Positions 25,615-39,364 of a stretch of 64,000 nt of DNA are shown here, one piece after another. The stretch comes from Azolla caroliniana. Taxonomy: Eukaryota; Plantae; Polypodiophyta. Within the stretch, counting starts at the first letter, position 1. The number at the start of each line of letters is the position of its first letter. The stretch covers positions 10,168,001 to 10,232,000 of the forward strand of contig JBHGNT010000005.1 of NCBI GenBank assembly GCA_043228905.1, in the 5' to 3' direction. A program made the translations under genes and the position numbers. Below the pieces are notes generated by a model. That model searched no databases and was not told where the DNA came from. It saw only the letters and a program-made list of their open reading frames with translations.

Positions 25615-27544
25615 TGTCACGGACACACCAAGTGCGGACTAAGACGGAGCACGGATGATGAGGCTACGACGGAGGGATGACGGAATGACACAAGAGCATA
25701 AAGATAGAGATGAAGATTAAGGAGAGAAGATGGGCGAAATGAGAATACTATATTGATATGTCCATGACTGGCGTTGTTCACCTTGAATTCCTTCAAGGTG
25801 AACTCAACTATTTATACTAAGTGGCATGCATACCTGTTGCACGCATGTGATACAATAGAGCATGTAGGCAGTAGGTACGCATGCATGTGCCAAGTGTAAA
25901 TAATACGAGGGAGAAATTATGCACATGATGCTTGCTAAAACCTACAATGAGGAAGTGTATACATGATTATATGCTAGATGTGTGGTTAACACATAACACT
26001 CGATTATAACATGGTCATGTCAAGAGTTCGAATCTTGACATTATCCCCCCTCCAACGATGCCTTACCAAATCGTTTGTCGGCTTAAGGGGATATTGTTAA
26101 TGAAAATCTTAGATCACCTCCAAAGTATTTCGTAAATCCTAGACAAGGAGTAACCCTTCCACAAGACAAGGTATTTAACACCAACGGGCATGAGCAACCA
26201 TGTGTGGTCCTCGCCTAGAACTGGAACACAAATATCAACGGGTGTGAGTGACCATGTGTGGTCCTCACGGGGAGCATGAACACCAAGGGGCATGAGTAAC
26301 CATGTGGGGTCCTTGCCGGGAACTGGAATGGTCATCGCTGAGAGTTGGAACACGAACACCAACGGGCGTGAGCAACCATGTTGTCCTCACCGAGAAATGG
26401 AACACCAACGAGTGAGCGACCATGTGGCCCTCACCGGGAATAGGAACACAAACGGGAGTAATTGACCATGTGTAGTCCTCATCGAGAACTGGAACATGAA
26501 CAACAACGGGCATGAGCGACCATGTCGGTCCTCACTGGGATCTAGAACACGAACAATACTTGGAATGAGCGGCCATGTGCGGTCCTCACCGAAGACTGGA
26601 ACACAAACGGGAGTGAGTGACCATGCGTCCCTCACCGGGAACAGGAACGCGAACGGGAGTGAGCGGCCATGTGCGGCCCTCACCGGGAACAGGAACACGA
26701 ATGGGAGTGAGTGGCCATGTGTGGCCCTCACTGGGAACTCGAACACGAACGGGCGTGAGCGACCATGCGGTCCTCACCGGGAATTGGAAGACGAACACCA
26801 ACGGGAGTGAGCGGCCTTGTGCGGACCTCACCGGGAACTGGAACACCAACACCAACGGGAGTGAGTGGCCTTGTGAGGCCCTCATCGGGAACTGTAACAC
26901 GAACACCAACGGGAGTGAGCGGCCTTGTGCGGCCCTCACCGGGAATTAGAACACGAACACGAACGGGAAAGAAACTAGAAAATAGAGACAATGATGAGGA
27001 GAAACTAAAAAATAGAGACAATGAAGCGATGTTGATGATGGTACGGTGACGATGGTAACTCTAGAGGCAAGGGCGATGACGGAGACGGGTGATGCTTCTA
27101 GTTGGAAGGTGAACAAACTGTCACGGACACACCAAGTGCGGACTAAGACGGAGCACGGATGATGAGGCTACGATGGAGGGATGACGGAATGACACAAGAG
27201 CATAAAGATAGAGATGAAGATTAAGGAGAGAAGATGGGCGAAATGAGAATACTAGATTGATATGTCCATGACTGGCGTTGTTCACCTTGAATTCCTTCAA
27301 GGTGAACTCAACTATTTATACTAAGTGGCATGCATACCTGTTGCATGCATGTGATACAATAGAGCATGTAGGCAGTAGGTACGCATGCATGTGCCAAGTG
27401 TAAATAATACGAGGGAGAAATTATGCACATGATGCTTGCTAAAACCTACAATGAGGAAGTGTATACATGATTATATGCTAGATGTGTGGTTAACACATAA
27501 CACTCGATTATAACATGGTTATGTCAAGAGTTCGAATCTTGACA
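25615..27544 (-). mobile_element. Non-autonomous short LTR element C (TRIM/LARD-like), putatively self-priming
   Basis: 426-bp LTRs 25615-26040 and 27119-27544 (about 4 mismatches), TSD GAAAG, PPT GGAGGGGGGATAA (minus) next to 26040, no coding capacity. Confidence 0.92.
26140..26965. repeat. ~55-63-bp tandem repeat inside element C
   Basis: AACACCAACGGGAGTGAGCGGCCATGTGCGGCCCTCACCGGGAACTGG units, about 14 copies. Confidence 0.9.
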
Positions 27545-27634
27545 GAAAGTCGCACAGAAGCCGACATCAAAAACCGGGCAACGCCGAAAGCAAAACCAGA
27601 TGTTGAACGCCTCACACTTGAGCTTGAGGGGGTG

Positions 27635-28065
27635 TGTCGAGAGATGAAGCTCAACTTAGTTTAGTTAGTTAGTCAACCATGTAACTTCGTAGTTACTTAG
27701 ATAGAATCTAGTTAGAAGTGTTGACTATAACGCCTTAAATAGGACCTTGTACTTAAGTGGGATATTCTAGATCTTCCATTCCCAAGTACATTTAATATAG
27801 GACTTACACCCTTGTACCTATATTCTCCTCACACATGTGCGCCCTTGCACATGAGATCTATATATACCTCATTTGTGGGTATTTTTGTATTTGATGATGC
27901 TAATTTAATATAGAGTTAATCATCCTCCATCTTGTGTTGTTCATAAGTGTTAACTTCCTCTCTCTCTTCCTCTCACACATACACACATATCACTTAATCT
28001 TCCGCTTAGCTTAATCACATAATTAAGTTCTAATTAACCCTTGCTTAATTACCTAATTCTTAACA
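27635..28065 (+). repeat. 3' LTR of Copia A
   Basis: Matches 188-628; followed by TSD ATTAT. Confidence 0.95.
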
Positions 28066-30718
28066 ATTATGATCCATGCCCCTTTTTTCATGGCTTAAGA
28101 TGTATCACATCCAAATGTTAGTGCAACATATGTAGGCAAAAGAATATGTTCTTTCTTATGAAATCGATTCCTACATTGACATGCTACTTGATTTAGCAAA
28201 GGGTTCCTTTATTATGGACATGAGGCATTGAATTTGCCTATGGAAGACGTTGTACACACTTTGATTTTGCAATCCATATATTACTTGCGGGAAACCTAAA
28301 TTTTAGGTAACGCCCACAAAACATAAAGAATAGACAAAATAAAGCTCAAATATTGTACTAGATGTTTGCAAATCGTAGACAATCATAAAGAGATTGTCTC
28401 AAAGAGGACATGAAGAAATAGAAGTCAACAATAGGCGGTTCACTATAATCTAAAAGGTTTAGATCTCCCCAAATTTTGTTTGATGGTAAAAGACAATATC
28501 ACCTCACACAATAATGGGAAATAGTTGAAATAACCAAAAGAATTACGCAAATTAAATGTTTGGAAAGGTGGGTCAAAGATAGGTGGATCAATAAGTCCAT
28601 AACAAGTGAATAATTGTTTATCGTCTTCTATTACATTTCACACAAAGAGAATGAAGTGTTTTCCTTTTCTCTAGTTGAGATCCTATTAAAAGCACCCAAA
28701 AAGGATCTCCACAAGAACACCATTTTCTTAAGCAAGAAAACCTAAATTCCAAAGTTTCCAACACAATTTTGCATTTTGTTAAGAGCATAGCCATAAGGGC
28801 CAATTTTAAAAGGTACTTTTAATGGAATTGTATAGGTGTATAATTAGGAAACCAATTGTCATGGGATTTGAGACACCCATTAGGATATGGTACTCATGGC
28901 AACATGTAGTAGTCTAGCGCCTATATAATTTAGTTGTATAAAAGGAACATGCTACCTCCTTGAACATGACATAACCTAGACATTCTCAATATTATGTTGG
29001 TGAGATGAAGCTTTTGTTTTTGGATCTACACCTCGAAAGACTTTCTAAATATTACTATCAGAAAATAAAGCTCACATTCTTAAGATCAAGCATTGACATT
29101 TATAATAACGAACTATGCACTTCACTAATAATAACATTTTCATTGGTTTATTCTATGAGGAATTGGATTTGTGACGTTAATATGCAAGCACCAACCTCTG
29201 TGGAATATTGTAGCCTTAAATGTTTGATCTCCTTTCCAAACACCGACAACAATTACTCTTCTAACACCTTTACATGGTTACCTTTTCCATGAAATTACAA
29301 CGTAACCTCATGGGTTCTAGAGCTAGTGGCATAGCAAGGTATGGAAGATTAATATGTAAACAGTAACATAATATTTTCATTAGCTAATTCTACGAGGAAT
29401 TGGATTTGTGAAGATTAATAAGAAAGCACTCAAATATTTGAGCTTTAAAGGTTTGGTCTCCTTTCTAGACATAGACAACAATGGCTTTCTAACATCTATG
29501 CATGGCTAACATTATTGTTACCTTTTCACATGAAATAACCACAGATCTTGTGGGTTTTGGTGCTAATGGCATAGCAAAGTAAAGAAGTCTGCCAATATAT
29601 ATATACAGCACAAAGTTAAAATTCTACTTTCATACCAATACTTTACCAATCCTACTTTTCAAACCTAAATACATCGGTGATAGAATACTCACTACAAACA
29701 TAGAATAGAGTTTCTGAAATAGATCTAGAAAGAAAACCTTGGTAAAATAAATTCTAGTTGAAAAACAACATTATGGGGCATGAACCTTTAATTTCTACAA
29801 AGCTTAGGTCTGCTTCACTTCAGTTCAGATGCATACAGATTAAATGCTGTGTTAGGGTTTCATCCACTCTTGTCCAAATATTAGAATCCATTAAACAGTT
29901 CGCTACCTTGTCAATGTGTCCCTCATGTTTAGCCCTGTGTCAACAAACTGACCATACTTTTCCAAGTTTCTGTCAAGGGATGTATGCTGGAGTCTTGGCT
30001 ACATGTACATACGTTTACTTCCATTTTTTTAAAATCCGAAGCTAGATAAATGTTTCTTACATTGATCTTGGTTACCCATGTGAAAGTAGGTTTTCATTTT
30101 TGTATCCCATCTCATGTGCATTTTCATTCATGGCATCTGTGGCTCTTTCCATATATATCATATCTTACCCGTACAAACTTCTCTTTTCCCTTAACCTAGG
30201 CTTCAAAGATAACCTCAAACAAAAATCTCATCAAGAATAAAAACTCAAGAAAGTACAAATTTCGCCATTGATGGATTGCTTGAATCAATGTGAATATATT
30301 CGCTATAGATGCTAAAAGAGGAAAATTTCTTGTTCTTGTACAGATAGTTTTATTTATTTTCATAAATGAGATAAGGTCTATCAAGTGGCAGAAGACCAAG
30401 CCCATGCAATCTGATAGCAAGATGGTTCTTGCCAAGTTCATGCTGAAAAAATAAGCTCGAGATATAAGTTATATCCCAACCAATATATACATCATAATCC
30501 TCTGTGGACAAATACCTCAAGACTGATCAGCATGTCAAAACTGGCGGAGATGCCTCTATACCAATACATGAAGATTTTGGATGTTAATTAATATTAAGCA
30601 AGAACAATGCCTGCCTCCATCACGACACCTTTGTTTGAACATTGGACTAACAACGATGAACAAAAAGAAGCTCGAAATCATCGTGTCTGACACAACAAAC
30701 AAAACAAATAAAAACATT

Positions 30719-33700
30719 TTATACGACCTGCATAATTCTCTCTAAAAGTGTAAATATGGATTTGTCTTTTTTTTAAAAACAGTTAGTCCTTCATGATGTA
30801 GCATGTGGGCCCACCTTCTGACGCTTCACAATTGGCGAGGCTTCAGGGCTCGAATTTCGACCAAGCCGATTCGGATCTCCAGAATTAGAAGATGTTTTTG
30901 AGGTCAGTGGTTGCTGCAAAACCGTTCAATTTTGTATCAATCCAATTTCACCCCATGGGTAGGTGCAAAAATAACATAAACACCAAAAATGACCTTAACT
31001 TGTCGAGTATAAATTTTCAAAAGAAGTTATCAATCCAAATACTCATGTTTTCAAAAGAAATTACCAGAAATCCACTATAGTAGAAAATTTTGTACCCACT
31101 GGGAGGGTACAACGAAAACAGAGTACTTTTGGTGTTTAACCCTTACTAATGTATCAAAATTTGCTTTGTGGGAGGGGGAGGGGGTGGGGGTGGGGGTGGG
31201 GGTGGGGTGCCTAATACTAGCTGTTCAGTGAAGTGTACATGTTTTTAATAACTTTTTACCTCTAAGGTTGTCATAAGGAGTCTTCTCCCATCAGTAGCAC
31301 TTTTCTCCTCTTGCAACGAAACTTCAGGATTGAGGAGAAGCCGCTTCTTGGAAGAGTGTGAGGTGAGTGATAGCACTTGTGAGTTTGAACAACAATCATG
31401 GCTCCTATTATCCTCGCCACTTTCATTCAATAATAATACATTACTAGCATTTTCATTATTCTCCATATTCATAGGAACTACTGATGACCCTGAGCTATCT
31501 AAATGAAGCCCATGATTTCCTGGATTCTCAAGGTGGAGCGACCATTCTTGAGGGAACTTGTCTACACTAGCCTCACCATCACTCTTCTCATCTGTCCTAG
31601 AAGCAAGTGTAGAAAGGAAGTCTTGTAGAATAGTTCTCCCAGTCAATGATGCAGTGGCTATTGGTTCATCCACCCTTCCATACAAATCATTCGAAGAATT
31701 TTGCTCACTGTTATGGTCATATGCACTCCCCTGTTCCATCAAAGCATATGTTAGCAATTAAGCTCTCAAAAACACTTATTTTCAGCTTAAGTGTATGGTA
31801 TTAGGCTTTCATATTCACGTGGGGACTTTGATTGAATAGGCAAGTGCAATATGATTGAACCCTGGCTTTTTAAGTTTTGGGCTTTATTAGGAACCAGGGT
31901 TTAGGATTATGAAGACATATAAATGGCCCACTGCACTCCCCTGCTCCATTGAGCCACAGCATTTGAACAATCATGCTCTCAAAAACATGTGGTTTAAGGT
32001 TTATGCTTTTCTGCTGGGGGTTTAAGTGGTTTAGGGTTATGACACATAAAAGAAAAAAGATAAAGAAATAAAAGCCTCACCGCAAGCAACAGGGGCTGAA
32101 ATCCATCAGGTCGAAGCCCAACTACAACAGCTTCAGAGCTTATCACCTCTCTTGTTGTTTCCTTCAGTATGACAGGCCCAGTTCCTACAACTTTGTTTGA
32201 TGCTGTACAATCGGCATGTTCCATCTCTGCACTACATTTTAAGTTTAAAGAAGTATCTGTGTCTCCTTGCTGTGATCGTTGTTCATTCGCAATATGCAGC
32301 TGCAAGACATTATTCAAATGAACAAAAGACTCCTCTTCCCAAACAAACAAATTTTGTAAGTTGTAGCCTAATTCACCTCTTCCAGTACAGATTCATCTCT
32401 TCTCTGTACATTTTCTGGTGTTTCTAGGGCATGCAATAGCGGACGAATACCATCCTGCAGACCAATATTTCCAGCATCATTAGAAATGCTGCTACTATTG
32501 GTTACAGAAGCATCTTCATATCTGGATCTCATGCTTGTGTCACTGATATTTCCTGCATAATAATATTACCATATAAGCTGCAATGCAATTCAATAAGTAG
32601 CAAGTAGAACTTTAAATCCTGCGAACACCCACCTACTAATACTGGTTCCTCTAACTGTGATGGAGGACATATGCCCTCCACTTCTCCACCTGATCCACTT
32701 TCAGCATTGGCCAATATATGTTCTAACTGTTCTTGTATTGCAGTGTGAAGAATAGATACATTCGGATGAATAGAAACAGGGTCTCTATCGGACGAAGGGT
32801 GAGCGTCATTGCTAGATTGTTCACGCCTTTCATTGCCAGAACGATCCAGTGAGAATTCAGCAAATAGTGCTGGGCTCAACTGTTGGAATCTTGCAAAAAG
32901 TGGATAAAAGCCCCCCCTTCTTGCAGTTGCACCGTCACCAACAGAGGACTCTCCATTTGAGAATAGCGCTCTTAAAGAAGCCCCATGATCAACACTGCCT
33001 GGTGGTGGTTGGATTGAGCTTGAGGAATCTTGTAATGATGGAGCCACATTCTCAGTTTCCCGGTGATTATCTTGAGAATCTGATATATTCCTAGTGCCAT
33101 CCATACTCAGACTCAATGGAGGACCATCTTGGCTTGGCTGGGAGAAAAAATTCAACTGAGGTCTTGCAGCCAAATAAGGGCCAAGCCCAGCATGTATGTG
33201 AATATCCATATTGTGGAGGGCATCATCATTGTCCATGTAATAAGTGGACCGTAACGCTTGCTCGGATGAAATCTCAGTTCTCGAATCACGACCACCTGTT
33301 GGCTGAAATGAGATAAATTTATATGTTAAGCATTGTATAATTTTGTTTCGATTGAAGACATAAATATATACAAAGAAATCATGTATAGAAGGCTGTCAAT
33401 AATAAATCTGCCATCACCTGAGGCCTGGTTGAATCTGTATCGAGCAGAGAAATCAAATATGGGTTACTAGGATTCCCCGTTGATTCATCCTAATTCATTA
33501 ATTGCAGTTTAGCAGGATTAAGAATAGAACATAACATTCGAGAACAGGAATCATGGAACTTACATGAGATGAATCCCTCCTTAGCATCAGCATTGTGCCG
33601 CCTACTTCTAATAGGAGATGACCCAACCGTTCCATAAGGATCCCGGCAGAAAGAATGCTTCCATGTGCTGTTGCTGTCTGAAGACTGGATTCACCTTCTA

Positions 33701-36512
33701 ACCGATCTGCCAATCTCTATTTGAAGCAATATGAGAAGAATATAAGATACTCCATATCATATGTTAAGATGATGACACTGGGAATTTGCAAAATCGATAG
33801 GATACTCTGGATTAAACCTTATAAGGAAGCCATAATATAAAATTGAAAATGGATATCAATACCCTGAGTTCAGAAGCAGACTGATTGCTTAGGAGATCCG
33901 TAATACGACGGAGCATAGAAGTCCAAGCCACAGGATCACCATCTCCAGTGACCGGAGGTGGCTGCTGTTCAGTTTGGTGTCCAAACGCTGAAGCTTGAGT
34001 CTCGAGGTTGAGAGTAGGTCTTTGTGCCCCACCTTAGAAAACCAGACATCAAGTCACTAATATATCGCCTTCTCTAAACGACCATCATGGGCCTATGGGA
34101 CCTATGAGAATCTTGAGCACAAAGAAAAGCACTAGAGTGACGTTTTTAAACCATGTATACATTTCAAACACATTTATTTAAAGTTTCTGGATCCATCAAA
34201 CAGTTGCTGGCAGCCATGTTCGCCCCATGTAAAGATGTCATGAAAATTTGCAAAGCAAAAATAATCAATAAGCTTTGCCAATCAATTATCCTTTATTTAG
34301 GACTCATAATACTATTTTATTGCATTAGTCAATGCCTTGAAACTTCCTACAAGACATATATACTTCCAATTTTCTACCACAAAGAAATTGCAACATGATA
34401 TTTCCTAGCATCCTAAAAGCCTGGGTAAATACTTATATGCATAGGAAATTAATTTCCAAATAAAGAAAAACAAAGAAGATTCATGATCCTTTTCTAGTTC
34501 TCAATCTCAAGTGCTCGAACATTTGTCCACCATCCCCTCCCAAAATGGTTTCTTATCTTCCATAAATTCAATATTAACTCTCACCAGTAAGTGCCAAGAC
34601 CTGCTCCATGCGATTCACATATTGAGATGCTATCCGTAAAGCATCAGGAACAACCTGGAAAAAGAAAATGCAAACAATTTTGAATGACCCTTTCTGGCTA
34701 GGTATAACCTAGCAAACATGGTTGCCAACCCAGATATATAACTGACCTATTGCACATACCTGTTGGACAATCCGCACACGAGAAACAGCTGGAATGGAAC
34801 CAAGAAAACCCATATCTGCATGTAGACTTGAGAAACTGTCTGTTGCTGGATCAACATCTCTGGAAACGCTCTGATCATCTGCTGACCCAGGTTGGTTATT
34901 ACTTCTTTCTTGTTGATGCCCAACAGCATTTTCTTCTATATTATGTGGAATGGTCTGTCTTGCATAGACACATCATAAAATTTAGACAGACTCCAATCCC
35001 TACGGACACAGGTTATTCTTCTTAGATGATCTTCCCAACTTCATGACAAATTGCTTACTTCACACAATAAGGATAAAATCTATTTCACTTCTAGGAATCT
35101 GAGAATTGAAATTATATTATGCCATTTCCCATCTCTTTTGAAGCATTATAATATCAACCATGTTTCAACATGAATGAGCAGGTTTACTTGAGAAACATGG
35201 AATCAGGAAATTTTATGAGAAACAAAACAAAGAGAACTGTATACGACTACATATACTTACAGCAGAACTTCCATTTCCATGGCCACTACCATTGCTAGCT
35301 CCCACAGAAGTTCCAACTCTAAGTGTGCTTAAAACAGAGGAAAAAAGCTGCATAACACTCAAAGGAAGTAACCATTTCAGACATAATCAATGTTTGGCAT
35401 TCAAATTACACAATATTGAAAAAGTAAAGATATTCCACACCATAATGAAGAAGGATTTGAAATTTTTAAATACTCAAATCTGCTGATATGACAAAGCAAT
35501 CACCTATTCTCTCTTCTTTTACACGTGAGATATGAAATTCACCAATTCAATGCAAATTGTTTTTTTACCTTGTCGTAGTGGAATACTGTCGTAGTAATGC
35601 ATATAGTTTGATTATTGTTAAGGAGAAAGCAAAAATGCAAGTTATATCTATCCTAACTTTTTTTTAAAAGCAAGTTATATCTGGCCTGAATAAGCTATAA
35701 CAATTCATGTCAAGACGACTATTAAAACTTACTCTGTTAATTTCTGGTAAGATAACACCTCCACGATCTGGGATATTAAATGTTCCCACTAAAACACTGC
35801 GAGAAATATGGCCAGACTGGTCGCGTGATGCATTTGAGAATGGATCTGTAATATGTGTATGCATAGATTGGTTAATATAGTGCACATTGTCCCATCCATA
35901 AGAAAAATCAAATGCCTGATAGAAATTGGCATACCTTGCTCATCACCGTTGATTCCATCAGTTACAGCATGGGTAGACTGTGATGGTATAGGCCTTGTTA
36001 CCAAGTGAAGTGTATGTCCATCCTCTACATCTATAACACTCAAAAAGTTCCATGCAAATTTTATATGTTGCAAGAAAAAACTAAATGTAGTAAATGTTAA
36101 TGATCTTACCATATGCCGATAAAATGTGTTCATCCTTGAGGACTTTCCCACGACAAATGAGTCGTTGGCTTCCGGAAGGCACCCCCGTGATTAGCGCTAT
36201 CTGGTCCTTCAAATCGGGGACAGAAACCTACAGAAAGAAGTTGAGACAGGCACATGTGTGCATGATACATTCTTCTGTCATGTGATGATTATTTGGATCC
36301 GAAATTCACAGCTTCTCACTCAAAATAATCTTTAAGAGACATAGTTAATACACATTTCATGGTGGAGTGAGTGTTTTTCTTACATTTTTTGCCACTCTGC
36401 ATGTATAATCCTGCGAATCCAAGGTCTTTATCTTGATTTCAACAACCGCATGTGAAGTTTCGAAAGCTTGTTTAGCTTCACATGAATTCTCATCACAAGC
36501 TCCTCCTTCCAT
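30719..36512 (-). CDS. Host multi-exon gene: N-terminal ubiquitin-like-domain protein, CIP73/BAG6(Scythe)-like
   Basis: Exons give MEGGAC...VEIKIKTLDSQDYTCRVAKN|VSVPDLKDQIA...QRLICRGKVLKDEHILSAY|VEDGHTLHLVTR; SRSVLVGTFNI; VVPDALR; LLLEVGGTMLMLR; DIHIHAG; C-terminus KRQK|VV*; GT-AG introns; internal exon edges approximate. Confidence 0.8.
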
Positions 36513-37808
36513 GTAGTGTTTTGCTAGAATATATCTCCTATTAAGTTCAGAAAACAGCAGTAGTTTAAAACTTGCACATGCATATGCATCTACTTACAAG
36601 TGTTGACAATTAAAATGTATTATTTCACATTATATTTTCCTGATAAAAGGAAAACTGTTGCTTATCTTCAAAGATTACCATGTGAAATAAGTTTTCAATA
36701 GAACATAATAGATTCTACATCAGAAATCCGATTAAGAATCAGTATAAAAAATATAACGCAATTAGGAACGGGAATGGTTTCCCCATTGTTATCATAGAAA
36801 AATAACAATGTTAAATGTTTCTCTTTAGAAAATAGAGCATTTCCGTGTAAATGAAAAGAAACCCACATAAGGACTGGTTCAATCACAGAAAGGAAAGGCT
36901 TCTCCACAGCAAATTAGAAATTTTGTAGGCTTATGTATTCTTTCCTTTGAAAATAAAGCATTTCATTGCAAATGAAAGGGAACCCACCTAAAAACGACCT
37001 CAAAACAAAGGATAGTTTTTCCCACTGTTATCAAAATAAAAGCATAAGATTATATCTTTCTCCTTCGAAAAAGAGCATTTCGGTGTAGAGGAAAGGAAGC
37101 CCATCTAAGAACTAGTTCGAGAGAGCTAATTCAAGGTATTGCCATTGTTATCATACAAAATCAGAATTTTACATGTTTCTCCTTTGACTATGAATGATTT
37201 CAGTACAAATTATAGGAATCCCACCAAATATGTATCACAAATGAGCATATGCAATTAGAAAAAAGGAAGATTTTGCCCACTATATCATACAGAATCCCGG
37301 GGCATTTCAGTGTAAATGGAGTTCTACAATCATGTTCTTCCTATCTTATCAATACCTGCATCTATATCATGAATGTGCCCAATTCTCGCACATTTTGACA
37401 CTAGTTCAAGACAATTATTCATCCCTGACCCGTTTACGAAAATTTGCCCTGAAACAGACGTTGTATAGATCAGCCATTCTCTGTCTGCTTTTCTATGAAA
37501 AGACAAGACGTTTATATGCAAGCAAAAGGAAGCCATGAATTTTATAGAATGATACCATTTTGCTTTAGCTATGAGCATCAGAGGAAGGGCAGAAAAAACA
37601 GCAATGGTGAGGGAAAGAAACGCAAAGATCTAGTCGGAAAGGGGGCGAAATCAAGAAAGAAAGAAAGAAAGATAGAGAAGAAGAAGAAATTAAGAAGGGA
37701 AAACGAAAACAAGCAGGAGAAGAAAGAAAACCCTAAAATTGAAAATCAGAAGGAATGAGAGAGGAGGAATGACAAAGAGAGGAGAGAGAAGAAGAGGCCC
37801 TTACTTAC

Positions 37809-37911
37809 CTCGAGGTTAGAGAGTCGTCGTCGTTGGCTGAGGAGGGAGAAAAGAGGGGAAGAAGGAGAGAAACACAGAGGAGGAGGAGGAGAAAAAGGGA
37901 AATTGGGAGGG

Positions 37912-37958
<47 letters not shown>

Positions 37959-37990
37959 CTTCTTCTTCTTCTTCTTCTCTTCTCTTTTTG
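37809..37990 (-). promoter_or_regulatory. Probable non-coding first exon / 5' UTR of the ubiquitin-like gene, with CT/GAA microsatellites
   Basis: Donor AG|GTAAGT at 37809; pyrimidine-rich (CT)n leader typical of plant 5' UTRs. Confidence 0.55.
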
Positions 37991-38879
37991 TCAGTCAGTC
38001 AAGTCAGTGTATGTATGTATTGTTTTGCTTCTCTGCACTCTAGTGAAAGGGGGGGAGGAAGCAGAGGAGAATCCCTTGACGGCGCCGTCAGTGCCCCGTC
38101 ATGTCTAACGCCCATCCTCTGTTTGGCCAAGACTGAGTGAGCGAGCCACACTTCCCCTCCGGCTCCCCCCCTCTCCTCACATGTGAAATGGCTCTCCACC
38201 ACTTTGCTGATTGTGGCACAATGCCATTGGCCCTCTACACTGACCTAGCACGATGCCGCCACGGAATTGTCCACCCTCATGGACCCCCTCCCCTCCCTAC
38301 CTTGATGTGCGACATTTCACCATTCGGACATTGCGAGGAAGTTGACCAGACGGACATCTGTGTTGTCCTCCTTGCACATGATAAGATGGTACCCACATTG
38401 ATGATGCTTCGGACAGCAACATTTTGCACATGGACTCGTGTAAATGATGATGATTCATTGGACCATGGACGATATGTGCTTGGACACATGTACATGCCAT
38501 ATCGCATCGCTAGATCGGAAATTTATGTTGCAAAACCCTGATGTCCATGATTGGACAGTGGCACGAAGTCGTTGGATGTGAAACAGTGGGCACATGCGCC
38601 TACTTTTCCACACACAAATTGATTCGACTGAAAAAATGTGTTGGAAATGTCCATTGTATAGGGAAAATGGGTCCCCTATCTTAAGTGGGACAAAACCATC
38701 AATTGAGGGAATACATGGGATGTAAATGTACTTCTCATAAAGGATGGTTTTTTTGGTGCACGAGGAAATGATGCAGAAGGCACTGATGACAATTGAACAA
38801 GTCGTGTGTGGCGTGACCACCGCGAGAGGTGCATACAACGCAAACAAGAGGTCGACTGCGGACCAACCTCATATATCAT

Positions 38880-39360
38880 CCACAATTAGCTCGTACACGT
38901 GAGTAGGGGAGTCTGGTGCAACGTTTTCCTTGGTAGTGCATGTCCAGGGTTGGAGACCCAATAGATCGGAATACGTCATATTTTATATGTTGCTTTTTCG
39001 GAGGAAGTGGATAACATCCTCGACATTCAATTTATGTCTAGAGGATGTTATCATCTGGAATTTGTAGATGAGGAATATGTCATCGGGCCATTAGTGATTA
39101 AGGAGGCGGGCGTGGAAGGTGTGTGGATTTCTTTCCACAAATGGTCGCATAATGTTAAGGCAGACGAGATTTTGTAGGATCAGGAGGCTAATATGGTTTT
39201 TACAACGATATTCCTTGGTTTGAGGAAGGAGTGGAGGAACGTTCTTCCTCACATCGAGGCATTGTTAGGTAAAGTCATTGCTACGCGTGACGGACATGCT
39301 TATGAGGCAGATAGAGTGGGTGGGGTTCCAGTTGTTCAGTTGCTTGAACCAAGAACCATT
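38880..39360 (+). mobile_element. LINE (L1-like) ORF1 fragment, DUF4283-like
   Basis: ILDIQFMSRGCYHLEFVDEE...VWISFHKW...LGLRKEW...LLGKVI, with stops. Confidence 0.55.
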
Positions 39361-39364
39361 TCCT

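Larger units (their letters stand above)
188..28065 (+). mobile_element. Ty1/Copia LTR retrotransposon A, degenerate and internally deleted; host of nested insertions
   Basis: LTRs 188-628 and 27635-28065 (TG...CA), TSD ATTAT at 183-187 and 28066-28070, PBS TGGTATCAAAGC at 629-640, PPT GAGCTTGAGGGGG just before the 3' LTR, Copia gag/protease/integrase remnants. Confidence 0.95.

Noticed and set aside
26114-27049. Repetitive ORFs on both strands of element C
   Set aside because: Artefacts of a stop-poor tandem repeat; frames shift between units.
29130-29590. ~240-bp diverged duplication, and ~120-bp degenerate repeats at 36770-37320
   Set aside because: Old local duplications with no termini or coding signal.
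38137-38880. Cys/His-rich short ORFs as a host gene or SWIM-type transposon fragment
   Set aside because: No convincing complete motif or exon structure; left unassigned.
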